Of a stretch of 41,656 nt of DNA, positions 15,854-26,781 are shown piece after piece. The stretch's first letter is position 1, and every line of letters begins with the position of its first letter. The notes below the pieces were generated by a model, which saw only the letters and a list, made by a program, of their open reading frames with translations, was not told the origin of the DNA and did no database searches. The position numbers were made by a program, and so were the translations under genes. The DNA is from Minisyncoccia bacterium (GTDB lineage Bacteria > Patescibacteriota > Minisyncoccia > Phycocordibacterales > UBA9973). Where the stretch lies: the NCBI GenBank assembly GCA_965662335.1, contig CBFIGQ010000001.1:1-41656 (forward strand), read 5' to 3'.

Positions 15854-17362
15854 ATGGCGTTTTCGCGTATACAGAGCGCGCAGCTTTCGGGACTCGGAGC
15901 AACGGGCGTCGTCGTAGAAACTGATATCAATCGGGGACTTTATATGTTTCAGATCGTGGGACTCCCTGACAAAAGTGTAGAGGAAGCGCGAGAACGTGTG
16001 ATAAGTGCGCTTCGCAACAGTTGTGATATCAACCCCAAAGCCGCCAACCAAAAAGTCATAGTCTCGCTCTCTCCTGCAGAACTGCGCAAAGAAGGAGCGT
16101 ATGTTGACATCGCGATAGCGCTGGGATACTTGGTAGCAAATGAAACTATCACACTCGATGAAACAAGGCGGGTCTTTGTTGGAGAACTCGCGCTCAATGG
16201 AGAAGTGAGGCGGGTACGCGGAGTACTCTCTATCGGGCAATGGGCGATAGAGGAGGGCTACGCAGAACTCTACATACCAGAAGAAAATAAAAAAGAAGCA
16301 GCACTTCTTAGGGGTATATCTATTTTTCTTGTGCCAACACTCGAAAAGCTTGTTGCGCATATACAAGGAAGTGAAAGTCTAGAAACAGTAATTCCGTCAG
16401 AAGATAGTGAAGGCGCACCACTTCCAAGCGAGCTCGACTTTGCACACGTTCGAGGACAGCAGCAAGCAAAGCGTGCGCTCACCATCGCAGCGGCTGGTGG
16501 TCACAACATCGTCCTGTACGGACCGCCCGGTACGGGCAAGAGCATGCTTGCGAAGGCATTTCACGGCATACTCCCCAAACTCTCTACTTCGCACTTTTTG
16601 GAAGTCGCGCGCATCTACTCAAGCATCGGACTTGTTGAAGATGTGCTGCATCAGTATCCGCCGCTTCGCGCTCCGCACCACAGCGCATCGCACGTCGCAA
16701 TCATTGGGGGAGGAAGCACGTTGCGTCCTGGAGATATCACCCTCGCACACAACGGTGTCTTGTACCTCGACGAGTTTCCAGAATTTGATCGACGAGTCAT
16801 AGAGGCGCTACGCGAACCGATAGAGGATGGCTCTATCACCGTTGCGCGCGCAAAGGGAAGTGTGCGTTACCCAGCTCGATTTATTTTGCTTGCCTCGATG
16901 AACCCGTGTCCATGCGGGTATAGAGGAAGCGGTATCAAGCACTGCACATGCTCTGGTGCGGAAATTGCACGCTACAAAAAGAAACTCTCAGGACCTATCA
17001 TCGATCGCATCGATCTGTGGGTACCTGTTTCGCATGTTGCCTATGACTCGCTTTTAGAATCAATAGACACCCGAGAAAGTCCAGGGATTCAGAAAACAGT
17101 AGAAGCGGTGCGCGAGCAACAGTATAAGCGTGGCGCTATGCTCAATGGGTATCTCTCAAGTAAAGACGTACAGCAACATGCATCTCTTTCAAAAGAAGCT
17201 GAAGTGCAGCTTGAGGCCTACGCACACAAACTCAAGCTCTCACCTCGCTCATATATGCGCACCATAAAAGTTGCGCGCACTATCGCAGATCTTGAAGGCT
17301 CAGCAAACATCGAACTCGCACATATCCTCGAAGCACTTCAGTACCGTCCAAAACTTGAATAA
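15854..17362 (+). CDS. comM: ComM/YifB Mg-chelatase-like AAA+ ATPase
   Basis: IVGLPDKSVEEARERV, GELALNG, AAAGGHN, GPPGTGKS, RAPHHSAS, LAHNGVLYLDEFPEF, MNPCPCG, SGPIIDRID, ARTIADL. Confidence 0.96.
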   Translation: MAFSRIQSAQLSGLGATGVVVETDINRGLYMFQIVGLPDKSVEEARERVISALRNSCDINPKAANQKVIVSLSPAELRKEGAYVDIAIALGYLVANETITLDETRRVFVGELALNGEVRRVRGVLSIGQWAIEEGYAELYIPEENKKEAALLRGISIFLVPTLEKLVAHIQGSESLETVIPSEDSEGAPLPSELDFAHVRGQQQAKRALTIAAAGGHNIVLYGPPGTGKSMLAKAFHGILPKLSTSHFLEVARIYSSIGLVEDVLHQYPPLRAPHHSASHVAIIGGGSTLRPGDITLAHNGVLYLDEFPEFDRRVIEALREPIEDGSITVARAKGSVRYPARFILLASMNPCPCGYRGSGIKHCTCSGAEIARYKKKLSGPIIDRIDLWVPVSHVAYDSLLESIDTRESPGIQKTVEAVREQQYKRGAMLNGYLSSKDVQQHASLSKEAEVQLEAYAHKLKLSPRSYMRTIKVARTIADLEGSANIELAHILEALQYRPKLE

Positions 17363-17396
17363 AAAAAATCCCGGCGTGTGGTGCCAGGATTTCGTA

Positions 17397-18470
17397 TTAG
17401 AAGTGTGTACCTATACTAAAGGAAGCAAATGGATTGCGTGGTCCGTTTACAATCTTGAAGTGAAGATGAGGACCAGTTGAGAGACCAGAGTTCCCAGAGC
17501 GACCTATCTGTTGCCCCTTGGTTACGCGATCACCAACCGATACACCAACACTTGAGAGGTGGCCGTACAGTGTTTGTGACCCTGCTGGGTGCGTGATCAC
17601 GATATACTCACCATATCCACCATTGTACCCGCTACTCTTTGCAATAGTGACAACCCCATCTGCTGCAGCAACGACTGGTGTACCAACAGGCGCACCAAAG
17701 TCTACGGCATTTCCATCGTGGATACCTTGAGTGAGCACTGCGCCGTGAATTGGATCGCCATACACTGCTGATGCGCTTGACGTTGTTGTAGAAGATACCT
17801 TTGGTGAAGTCACCTCCTTTTTGTCTTCAGTACTTGTCTTTGGAGCGACCTTTGCAGGCACTTTTGCTTCTACTTTTTTAGGAGCGGCAAGGGGTTCTCC
17901 TTCGGGGATGACGAGTTCATCTCCAATTTTAATTGCATCTTCATCGACATCGTTGTATTTAAGGATGTCGTCTTTTTTTACATCGAACTTTGCCGCAATA
18001 CCTGAGAGCGTGTCGCCCTTTTTGATAGTGTATTCCACCCCACTCACCGGCAAGATGACGAGCTCATCTCCAATGGTTATTTTTGAGGTTTTTTCTGTAA
18101 GGTCATTTGCCCATCTAATCGTATTTACTGAAATACCAAACTTACTTGCAATACCTGAGAGCGTGTCGCCAGACTTAACGGTGTAGGTAGTAATGGCGAT
18201 TGAAGTGTCAGGAGTATCGTCTTGTGTAGAAGGAGAGAGTGAAGCTTGCTCAGTAGCATCAACATTGGCCTCTGTTTGAACGTCAACCGCAGACGAAGCG
18301 TCTTTAACTTCGACTACTTGCGCATCTGCAGCAGGAGCGATTTGATTCCAAATAACATGTCCGACCCCAAGGTTAATAAGTAGAAGGGGAAGAACGATTG
18401 AAAGAAAATGTGATCTGTTGTGGGCGCGTTTGGCCGGAGGCAAATCACTTGGGGATTGGTGTATTTCCAT
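17397..18470 (-). CDS. 2x LysM plus M23 metallopeptidase
   Basis: YTVKSGDTLSGIA twice; HDGNAVDF (HxxxD), YGHLS, STGPHLHF. Confidence 0.93.
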   Translation of the reverse strand: MEIHQSPSDLPPAKRAHNRSHFLSIVLPLLLINLGVGHVIWNQIAPAADAQVVEVKDASSAVDVQTEANVDATEQASLSPSTQDDTPDTSIAITTYTVKSGDTLSGIASKFGISVNTIRWANDLTEKTSKITIGDELVILPVSGVEYTIKKGDTLSGIAAKFDVKKDDILKYNDVDEDAIKIGDELVIPEGEPLAAPKKVEAKVPAKVAPKTSTEDKKEVTSPKVSSTTTSSASAVYGDPIHGAVLTQGIHDGNAVDFGAPVGTPVVAAADGVVTIAKSSGYNGGYGEYIVITHPAGSQTLYGHLSSVGVSVGDRVTKGQQIGRSGNSGLSTGPHLHFKIVNGPRNPFASFSIGTHF

Positions 18471-18682
18471 AGTGCTGTACCGATAATAATACCAAGCGGA
18501 CAACAAGAGTCTGTATAGCACAACTGCGTATACTATAAGTCAAGACATATTTCCCAAAAAACCATTACTTTTACTATATTGACGAGCAAATATATATATG
18601 ATGCTATAGAGTGATGTTGCAAAAGGCTTATAAAACAACGCTATTTTTGCTTTATCAATAAATCAGGTACACTCTAAACACT

Positions 18683-20584
18683 ATGGATTTCACTACAGGG
18701 CTTAACGATGCGCAGAAAAAGGCAGTGCTCACTACTGACGGACCACTCCTTATCGTCGCAGGGGCGGGTGCAGGCAAGACGAAAACAGTCATTCACCGTA
18801 TCGGATACCTCATCTCAAAAGGGGTGCGTCCGAGTGAGATACTCGCCGTAACCTTTACCAACAAAGCCGCGAAAGAAATGCGCGAACGAGCAGTCCAGAT
18901 GCTCGAAAGCGCTCCTGGATGTGAGGGTGAGGTACCGTTTGTCAGTACCTTTCACAGCCTCGGAGTGTATCTTTTGCGAAAATTTGGCGCATACAACGGA
19001 ACAGTTTCTCGTTTCACTATTCTCGATGACCAGGATACGATGTCGCTCATTAAAGAAGCACTTCAGTACCAAGGATACGATCCCAAACAGAACGATCCTC
19101 GCGGGATAAAAAACATGATTAGTAAAGCTGCGAATGCGTTTGTAGCTTCTGATGATCTTGAAACATCTGCAAACCCAACTCAGCGGCTCGCTGGGCGTGT
19201 ATGGCGCAGGTACAAAGAACTTAAGTACGCTCAAAAGGCGCTCGACTTCGACGACCTCCTCACCCAGACAGTAGAGCTTCTAGAACATGTCCCCGAAGCA
19301 AAAGTGTGGTGTCAGCAGACATGGAAATACATCCACATCGATGAGTATCAAGATACCAACGAAGTACAGTATCGTCTCGCCAAGCTCCTTGCGAGTGCCA
19401 CAAAAAACATATGCGTCGTCGGTGACTCAGACCAAAGCATTTATTCGTGGCGCGGGGCTAATATAAAAAATATCTTGGAGTTTGAGCGTGACTATCCAGA
19501 AGCAGGTGTGGTCGTGCTCGAAGAAAACTACCGCTCAACAAAAAATGTGCTTGCTGCTGCTAACGAAATCATTCAAAAAAATACCTTCCGTACGCCCAAA
19601 AATCTCTTTACCTCAAACCCAGGGGGAGAACTACTCTCAGTGTACGCAGCATACGACGAAGCGGATGAAGCAAACTTTATTGTCGAGCGCACTATTGAAC
19701 ACCTCGACCAAGGAGTACTGGCCTCTCATATAGCAGTACTCTTTCGTACCAACTTTCAGTCACGCGCCCTTGAAGAAGCATTTCTCTCCTACAAGATTCC
19801 GTATCAAGTACTCGGCGTTCGGTTCTTTGAACGAAAGGAGGTAAAAGATATCGTTTCATATATTCGCGCAGCGCTCAATCCAGATAGCCTCCTCGATCTT
19901 AAGCGCATTATCAATGTTCCCGCGCGCGGGATTGGAAAGGTAACTATTGCAAAAGTATTTGCAAAAGAACCTCTTTCAGGCAAAGCACTCATTTCTGTTG
20001 AGAAATTTTTTGCACTTCTTGATACGATTCGAAACTTTATTGCTACGCACACTGTTTCAGAAACAATTGCGTTCATTATTAAAGAAAGCGGAATGGATGT
20101 GTTTTATGCTGCTGAACCAGACGGAGAGGAACGCTTGGAAAACCTCGGAGAACTCGTGACCATCGCCACGCGCTACGATTCGCTCGATACACTCCTCGGC
20201 CTTGAGAAACTTGTCGAAGATGCGACACTTATGAGCGATCAAGACAACCTTGAAACTGCGCAAGGGGTAAAGCTCATGACTATCCATGCAGCAAAAGGAC
20301 TTGAATTTGATGTCGTATTTGTCAGTGGACTTGAACAAGGACTTTTCCCTCACGAGAGAGATGTAAAACAAACAGGTGCTGATGGCGAAGAAGAACGGCG
20401 CCTCATGTATGTCGCGCTCACCCGTGCACGCCAAAAACTCTATCTCACCTATGCAAGCATTCGAACAATATTTGGCATGCGAGATATGCGTATGCCGAGC
20501 GAATTTTTACTTGATATTCCAGAAGAAATAGTAGCCCGGGAGAGTCGGAGTGGAGAGGTAGGGTACGGAACAGTATTTCTTTAG
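18683..20584 (+). CDS. pcrA: UvrD/PcrA ATP-dependent DNA helicase
   Basis: AGAGAGKT, VTFTNKAA, DEYQDTN, VGDSDQSIYSWRGA, LEENYRS, MTIHAAKGLEF, EEERRLMYVALTRA. Confidence 0.97.
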   Translation: MDFTTGLNDAQKKAVLTTDGPLLIVAGAGAGKTKTVIHRIGYLISKGVRPSEILAVTFTNKAAKEMRERAVQMLESAPGCEGEVPFVSTFHSLGVYLLRKFGAYNGTVSRFTILDDQDTMSLIKEALQYQGYDPKQNDPRGIKNMISKAANAFVASDDLETSANPTQRLAGRVWRRYKELKYAQKALDFDDLLTQTVELLEHVPEAKVWCQQTWKYIHIDEYQDTNEVQYRLAKLLASATKNICVVGDSDQSIYSWRGANIKNILEFERDYPEAGVVVLEENYRSTKNVLAAANEIIQKNTFRTPKNLFTSNPGGELLSVYAAYDEADEANFIVERTIEHLDQGVLASHIAVLFRTNFQSRALEEAFLSYKIPYQVLGVRFFERKEVKDIVSYIRAALNPDSLLDLKRIINVPARGIGKVTIAKVFAKEPLSGKALISVEKFFALLDTIRNFIATHTVSETIAFIIKESGMDVFYAAEPDGEERLENLGELVTIATRYDSLDTLLGLEKLVEDATLMSDQDNLETAQGVKLMTIHAAKGLEFDVVFVSGLEQGLFPHERDVKQTGADGEEERRLMYVALTRARQKLYLTYASIRTIFGMRDMRMPSEFLLDIPEEIVARESRSGEVGYGTVFL

Positions 20585-20955
20585 TATGACGTACCAGTAC
20601 CAGGGTTAGAATCCAGCATGCCATCAGACTGCATTTCGACACAGTCCTCACCTACAATATACATACACTGTCCACCAGAACTATAGGAACCAAGGAGATA
20701 TGTACCATATACGTTATTGTTTGAATAAATACGCGCACTACCATTATAGATAAGCGCAAGCGTACTACTACCTGCTTGAGAATAATTGTTGATGTAGAGA
20801 AGAGTACTTCCACTACAGGTGCAATTAAATGAAGCAGTATGCATCCCGCCAAAGTATTGTCCTCCTGCAGCTTCGGTTTTAACGAGTACTGACGCAATAG
20901 CAAAGATTGCAGAAAGTGAGAGCAAAATAAAATGTTGTATTCGTCGTGTGGTCAT
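20581..20955 (-). CDS. Small secreted Cys-containing protein
   Basis: Signal peptide; FGG..CTCS...LLGSY...C....EDC...GTS. Confidence 0.75.
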   Translation of the reverse strand: MTTRRIQHFILLSLSAIFAIASVLVKTEAAGGQYFGGMHTASFNCTCSGSTLLYINNYSQAGSSTLALIYNGSARIYSNNNVYGTYLLGSYSSGGQCMYIVGEDCVEMQSDGMLDSNPGTGTSY

Positions 20956-21704
20956 TATTTGAGAAGGGCAGCAACATCGAGTAGTAGAGTGATGGTATTA
21001 CTTTCTCCGTTTGCATTCTTGACTTTGAGTATAGCACGCATGTACACGACCCCATTTGAGCGAGTAATAAGTCCGTCTCGTAAATTTGAAGCAAAGGCCG
21101 GTATAGATGCAGGGTTTGTGATTTGCGAACGCATTTTCTCAATGGTCGGAAAGGTAGGTATCGCAGTGAGTGAAGTACCATTTACTGAAGAAACAGTGGT
21201 AGCGACCGCTTCGCTTTCACTCGCAATGATTATCTGGTTGTTATAGGGAGTAAATCCAGAACCGGTCAGTGTAATACTTTGGGTGCGGCTCGTAATAATT
21301 TGCGGCGTCGCTGCTTGGAGAGAAACTGTCGTCGATATACCAGGTTGTTCTTGAGAAACAGGAGTTGTTGTGCGAGAGAGACGGTACAGTACCTTTCGGG
21401 TGAGTGGTCCGACTATCCCTGTTGGTGCGCTTAGCCCGGCTGGCGTCAGGGCTTCAAGCGCGTATTTGATTTGAAACTTATTTACCGCTGCCTGAGTTAG
21501 TGCTCCAAAATATGTTGATTCAAATCCTGGAGCTCCTGGACCACTTTGTGCAATACGAGTAGCCGGATCGCTGTTGAGTGCAATTTGTAATTCTTTGACA
21601 TCGAGACCTCTATCACCCAGACGAAGCGTGCGAGTTATCTCGGCATGGGTAAGACTTGGCACAAGAAGGGTGAAAGAGAGAATAGAGAGTACATATCGTT
21701 TCAT
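20955..21704 (-). CDS. Secreted peptidoglycan-binding (PG_binding_1-like) plus IPT/TIG domain protein
   Basis: Signal peptide; LRLGDRGLDVKELQIALN..YFGALTQAAVNKFQ..GIVGPLTR; ITLTGSGFT..VKNANGESN. Confidence 0.85.
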   Translation of the reverse strand: MKRYVLSILSFTLLVPSLTHAEITRTLRLGDRGLDVKELQIALNSDPATRIAQSGPGAPGFESTYFGALTQAAVNKFQIKYALEALTPAGLSAPTGIVGPLTRKVLYRLSRTTTPVSQEQPGISTTVSLQAATPQIITSRTQSITLTGSGFTPYNNQIIIASESEAVATTVSSVNGTSLTAIPTFPTIEKMRSQITNPASIPAFASNLRDGLITRSNGVVYMRAILKVKNANGESNTITLLLDVAALLK

Positions 21705-21740
21705 ATAGAAAGTATACCAAAATACGCTATAGTACTCTCT

Positions 21741-22526
21741 ATGCACGCAAAAAAATCTCTTGGCCAACACTTTCTCACCTCACAAAAAGCTATACACGAC
21801 ATGGTACAGGGCGCAAACGTGGGTCAAGGGGAACTCATTGTTGAAATAGGTCCTGGAAAAGGTGTACTCACCCGTGCACTCTTAGAAAGAGGGGCTCATG
21901 TCATTGCAATAGAAAAAGATAGAGACCTCATTCCTCTTCTCAATGAGAGCTTTACTGTAGAAATCGAGAACAAACAACTCACCCTGATAGAAGACGATGT
22001 GCTTGCGTGGACTCCTCCTCGCAATCCCTACAAACTCGTCGCCAATATTCCGTACTACATTACGGGGGCTATTTTAGAGAAATTCCTCTCATCTACATTT
22101 CAACCAAACACCCTCACTGTGCTGATTCAAAAAGAAGTGGCCGAGCGCATTGTTGCCAAAGACGGCAAAGAAAGCGTGCTCTCGATTGCGGTTGCAAGCT
22201 ATGGGGCCCCGCGCATCGTTTCAAAAGTACCAAAAGGCGCATTTGTACCTGCACCAAAGGTAGATAGCGCAGTACTGACTGTCGAGCACATTTCGCGAGA
22301 TTTTTTTCTCGATTGTGATGAAACGGTGTTCTTTGGAGTTGTAAAAGCTATGTTTGGCAAAAAGCGTAAGCAGATTGGCGGAAGTCTTGGTGATTATCTC
22401 AAAAATAAAGACTTGGCGAAGCATGTACTCGCCACACTCTCCATAGATCCGCGCACCCGCCCTGAAGATATACACCTTGGTACCTGGAAACTTCTCGCGC
22501 AACACGTAGCAGGCAGTGTACAATAG
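21741..22526 (+). CDS. rsmA: 16S rRNA m6,2A dimethyltransferase
   Basis: KKSLGQHFL, EIGPGKGVLT, IEKD, VANIPYYIT, QKEVAERI, FVPAPKVDSAV. Confidence 0.97.
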   Translation: MHAKKSLGQHFLTSQKAIHDMVQGANVGQGELIVEIGPGKGVLTRALLERGAHVIAIEKDRDLIPLLNESFTVEIENKQLTLIEDDVLAWTPPRNPYKLVANIPYYITGAILEKFLSSTFQPNTLTVLIQKEVAERIVAKDGKESVLSIAVASYGAPRIVSKVPKGAFVPAPKVDSAVLTVEHISRDFFLDCDETVFFGVVKAMFGKKRKQIGGSLGDYLKNKDLAKHVLATLSIDPRTRPEDIHLGTWKLLAQHVAGSVQ

Positions 22527-22532
22527 AGGAAC

Positions 22533-23417
22533 ATGCCTCCATCAAACAACCGTCCGAGTAAACAATTTATAAAACGCGGCTCAATAGCTATAGGGATAGT
22601 TGCACTCATTCTCATTGTGCAGACTGCGTGGTTCCAAAAACTTGTCTTTCATAGAGAGAAAAACCAAGTTGTGAGCCAGACAGTAGGGGACTACGTCGGC
22701 AAGGACACGAATGGCAACGGCGTCGCTGACTGGGAAGAGCGTCTGTGGGGACTTGATCCAAGTGTGCTGTACACAAACGGCGTCCCAAATGCACAAATCA
22801 TTGAGCAAAAAAAGAAATCGCTGGGAGTGCAAGAAGCCAATAGCGAGCCCCTCGACGACACGGATAGACTTGCTCGAGAGCTCTTTACACTCACGGCTGC
22901 ACTTGGGCAGTCAGACGACATAGACAAGCAAACACTCGCCGATATCGCTACCAAACTTGGAAATAGTGTTGATATTAAAGAAGTAAACAACCAATACTCC
23001 CTCAAAGACCTCACCGTTGTACCGACGACTCAAGCTTCACTGCAGACCTACCACGATCGTCTTAAGGCTGCATTTCTCAAATACAACCTCAATACTCCGG
23101 ATATTGAAATACTCGCAAACGCGCTCGACACCGAAGACACGAGCCAGCTCGAACAACTTAAACAGGCTGAGGTCGTATACCGATCTATCGCAAAAGATAT
23201 AAAAGCCATCCCTGTACCCGTCGGTCTTGCGAGCGCAGACCTCAACCTCGTAAATAGCTTTGCCGGTATTGGTATTTCGATGACGTACATGACCGAGCTT
23301 GATGACAACAGCCTGGCAGCACTTGTGGGACTTGCAATTTATAAAAATTACAATACCAAACTCACCACAGCGACTACTGCTATTACTGCATATTTCACAC
23401 AGTACGGTATACTATAA
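22533..23417 (+). CDS. Membrane-anchored protein with Ca-binding-like DxNxNGxxDWEE motif
   Basis: N-terminal TM; DTNGNGVADWEERLWGLDP (thrombospondin type 3-like). Confidence 0.75.
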   Translation: MPPSNNRPSKQFIKRGSIAIGIVALILIVQTAWFQKLVFHREKNQVVSQTVGDYVGKDTNGNGVADWEERLWGLDPSVLYTNGVPNAQIIEQKKKSLGVQEANSEPLDDTDRLARELFTLTAALGQSDDIDKQTLADIATKLGNSVDIKEVNNQYSLKDLTVVPTTQASLQTYHDRLKAAFLKYNLNTPDIEILANALDTEDTSQLEQLKQAEVVYRSIAKDIKAIPVPVGLASADLNLVNSFAGIGISMTYMTELDDNSLAALVGLAIYKNYNTKLTTATTAITAYFTQYGIL

Positions 23418-23425
23418 AGCGTCAA

Positions 23426-25768
23426 ATGAAACGAATCTTTTTTGTTGCCATAGTACTCATACTTATCACTCCAAGCATTTCACATGCAGCACCGTTGTGT
23501 TCCGACGGCTCTGCCGCTCCTGGCGGCAACATTTGTAACTGCGCCGTATCTGCGTCTATCGGAGGAAGTACTTTCACCCCAGGAGCATCATCGGGACTCA
23601 CTGGAAATTCTTTTGGGGGCATACAGTTTAGTGGTGTCGGAGGCGCTCTTGCAAGTTGTACCAACATTGGAGGTACTATTTGTAAGGCAGCAAGTAGCCT
23701 CTTTAGTGGAGTATCCTGCAATTCGCAAAGTAGTGGTACTGGTGCAGCAGAACAAAAAGTACCGACAAACGACAAAACCACGGCTGACAACACCCAAGCT
23801 ACTGCCAATGAAGAAGCAAAGACTACGCGCCGTGAACAGTGTCTCAACGGCGCAGCGTATGCCGTCGCAAAGACCGCACTCCAAAGCCTCTCAAACAAAA
23901 CACTCAACTGGATTCGTACCGGACTTGGCGGTAATCCATTTTACGTTCGTGATATCGACTCGTACTTAAATTCAGTAAAAAATGAAAAATTGTATTCATA
24001 CCTCCAAAGCGATGTTGTGCGTGACAACCCTATTTTTGGAAATGCACTTGAATCAGTCATAAAGCAGCAGGTGACTGGTTACACTGACAACGTATTCTCA
24101 AAGGTAATGAACACACCCGAAGCACTCCAATATCAAGCATTTCAAGATGACTTCACCAACGGGGGATGGGGAGCACTCCTTAATATGAACAACAACCCAG
24201 TTGGGGCGTATTTTAAGGCAGTTGATAAAGTGAGTTACCAGATAAACAATACTCAACAGAACATTCGAGATGAACTTCAGCAAGGTCAAGGCTTCCTCAG
24301 TATGCGCAAATGCGTAGAATACGACAATGCAAGCACTCCTTCTACGCTTTCTTCGACATATACTGCACCGACTAACTACGGAACACCTACTGCATCAAAC
24401 TCATGTAGCATTATTTACTCACAAAATTATCAGTCGTGCTGTACTACAGTGGGCGGGTCAGCAACCAACCAAACACAGTGCAATGCATACCTTCATGGAT
24501 ATCAAAGCAGTGTTACTTCTACCAGTATTACTAAACCAAAATGTGTTCGCTACGAAGTTGTGACTCCAGGTTCGCTTATCTCAAACCAACTCCAAGGCAT
24601 CACAAACTCTACTACAGAGGTACTTATAAACGCAGACCAAATCAATGAAGTACTCGGTTCATTCTTTGACCAGCTCATGAATCGTCTCTTTACCGACGGC
24701 GTCACTGGTGCAGGGCGTGGATCAACCAACACCTTTAGTAACGTCCCTGGTGGATTTGGTACCAACGTCGTCACCGGTACTAACGGTCAGACACTTGCAA
24801 GTGCGCAATCTTGCCAGACACCGCTCGGGTACAATGCGGCAACCGGAGGATTTAATGATGAGTTCGATATCAGTCGCCCCCAGCAACTCAAGGCAGTGAT
24901 CGAAACACAAAAGAGCTTCCTCACTCGCAGCCAAGATGCTCAGTACAAAATGCAGCAAGTAGTACCACTACTGGGCGCGCTCGACTACTGTATTCCAGGA
25001 CCAAACCCAACTCGAAACGAGGCGCTCAATGACAACGCTCAAACATTTGTATCCCTTCTTCAAGAAGTTACCTCAAAAGACAACAATATATTGGTAACAG
25101 TAAATCACATACTTGATCCGGGGCATGTACTATGTGGTATTTTCTCTAACAGTAGCAACTGTAGTAATGACACGTACACAGTAGGATATACTACGTCTCG
25201 CGTATCACTCTTTGATAAGGTTGACGGTCAAACGAAGCGTATCAGTGACCGCGCGTATCAAACAGGGAATAGTCCTACTGTGGTATCGAATTTCTTTAGT
25301 GATACACTCGCAGTTCTCAAAGCGCAAATAGAGAACCGCTACAGCGATCAAAATATCATTAATGCATTTGCCGCAGTTGCAAATACACAAGCAGAAAAGG
25401 ACTTTATTTCAGACCAAATGACTGACGCCATAAAACTCACTGGTAACCTCACCGGCTTTGCACAAGGAATAGCTGACTATAATGCTGCATACAATACTGA
25501 CATCCAAAATACTCAAGACGCGCTTGTAGAGCTCGAAGACATATACAACCAGATCCTTGGCATCGTTGGTCCTGCAAAGGCATACTATATATATGAAATG
25601 GCACACGCAGATATTCCGGTAACAATAAACCAATCCTGTCTTGATAACGCCTACAAACTTGATCCGCTTGGTCCAGGACTCCCACACCTAGAAAACATCA
25701 CCGCAAGCCCTATTCCAGAAATCCAAACGTCGGCAAACGCAAGCACGTATTTCTACAATAACCTATAA
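23426..25768 (+). CDS. Large secreted Cys-rich surface protein of the T4SS-like locus
   Basis: Signal peptide, many Cys; blocks TLNWIRTG..GNPFYV, DFTNGGW, NNPVGAY, ELQQGQGFLS.RKC, VVTPGS. Confidence 0.8.
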   Translation: MKRIFFVAIVLILITPSISHAAPLCSDGSAAPGGNICNCAVSASIGGSTFTPGASSGLTGNSFGGIQFSGVGGALASCTNIGGTICKAASSLFSGVSCNSQSSGTGAAEQKVPTNDKTTADNTQATANEEAKTTRREQCLNGAAYAVAKTALQSLSNKTLNWIRTGLGGNPFYVRDIDSYLNSVKNEKLYSYLQSDVVRDNPIFGNALESVIKQQVTGYTDNVFSKVMNTPEALQYQAFQDDFTNGGWGALLNMNNNPVGAYFKAVDKVSYQINNTQQNIRDELQQGQGFLSMRKCVEYDNASTPSTLSSTYTAPTNYGTPTASNSCSIIYSQNYQSCCTTVGGSATNQTQCNAYLHGYQSSVTSTSITKPKCVRYEVVTPGSLISNQLQGITNSTTEVLINADQINEVLGSFFDQLMNRLFTDGVTGAGRGSTNTFSNVPGGFGTNVVTGTNGQTLASAQSCQTPLGYNAATGGFNDEFDISRPQQLKAVIETQKSFLTRSQDAQYKMQQVVPLLGALDYCIPGPNPTRNEALNDNAQTFVSLLQEVTSKDNNILVTVNHILDPGHVLCGIFSNSSNCSNDTYTVGYTTSRVSLFDKVDGQTKRISDRAYQTGNSPTVVSNFFSDTLAVLKAQIENRYSDQNIINAFAAVANTQAEKDFISDQMTDAIKLTGNLTGFAQGIADYNAAYNTDIQNTQDALVELEDIYNQILGIVGPAKAYYIYEMAHADIPVTINQSCLDNAYKLDPLGPGLPHLENITASPIPEIQTSANASTYFYNNL

Positions 25769-25776
25769 TACTCACT

Positions 25777-26751
25777 ATGAAGCGCATCCTTACTATCATC
25801 CTCATCGTACTCCTCGTTACCGGTATCATACTCCTTGGTATGTGGTACTTTGGTCGCAAGAGCGCAGTGAAAAAGGGACAAGAAGCTCCAACGTTTCGAC
25901 AATTTTTAAGCGGCGAAACAACTGCAGACCTGCAACCAAGCACTCCTGGCAACCTTTCATCCGTCTTTGTTGATACCAACCTCACCAACCCAGCAGACGA
26001 GTCGGATACCCCTACTATTGGCACTCAATCAGCGGTATTCACTGGAAACTCTACGATCCTAAATACAAACAACACTTCCCAGAACGCAGGAGTCGGAGCA
26101 CCATCAAATCCTTCTTCACCTACTACTGGTGTTGGGGCGCCGAGCACTACACAAAACAACTCTGTGGTTACAGTGGATCCAACAACAGTCACCCCCGTAT
26201 CAGTGTCTCCTGTAGTTACTGGTCCCGAATGTACTGATGCAGATCTCAATATTCAGTTTCATGCAGACGATCTCGCCAAACTAAATGCTCTCCAAAACCG
26301 TTTCTACGCAATCTCACAAGTGCTACACACTGATGCAGATGTCGCCGTCGAGACAGGAAACCATGACAACTTTGCCGCAAAAGTTGCAGAAATAAACGGC
26401 CTGTACACCCAGTGCCGACAATACACCGTCGCATCAGCAAACACAAACACGGCAGCCCACGGCACTATCAGCGATCCTGTGTACCAAAAGCGCGTACCAA
26501 CTCCGTTTTGGCATGATGCAGCTCAAGCTAGTGAGGTGTTTATTGCAACACCAGGCTCATACGATGGAGTGCTCACCATTTTACCTACGGCACTCATGGA
26601 AACTTTGGTCAATCCAGCTACCTTTAATACATTTATTACTACACAGACAGGGTGCTCAGGAAACCCGGGACAGGGTTGTACTCCTGCAAACGCATCACTC
26701 CTCTTTGCACTACGCACACTCGAGCGATCTCTTCGCCTCAATATATGGTAA
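25777..26751 (+). CDS. Membrane-anchored protein with Thr/Pro/Ser-rich linker
   Basis: N-terminal TM, low-complexity stalk, Cys pairs. Confidence 0.75.
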   Translation: MKRILTIILIVLLVTGIILLGMWYFGRKSAVKKGQEAPTFRQFLSGETTADLQPSTPGNLSSVFVDTNLTNPADESDTPTIGTQSAVFTGNSTILNTNNTSQNAGVGAPSNPSSPTTGVGAPSTTQNNSVVTVDPTTVTPVSVSPVVTGPECTDADLNIQFHADDLAKLNALQNRFYAISQVLHTDADVAVETGNHDNFAAKVAEINGLYTQCRQYTVASANTNTAAHGTISDPVYQKRVPTPFWHDAAQASEVFIATPGSYDGVLTILPTALMETLVNPATFNTFITTQTGCSGNPGQGCTPANASLLFALRTLERSLRLNIW

Positions 26752-26781
26752 TACAGCATACACGCGTGATACACTGTACAG

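Noticed and set aside
17990-18180. Direct repeat GCAATACCTGAGAGCGTGTCGCC
   Set aside because: Explained by two tandem LysM domains (GDTLSGIA)
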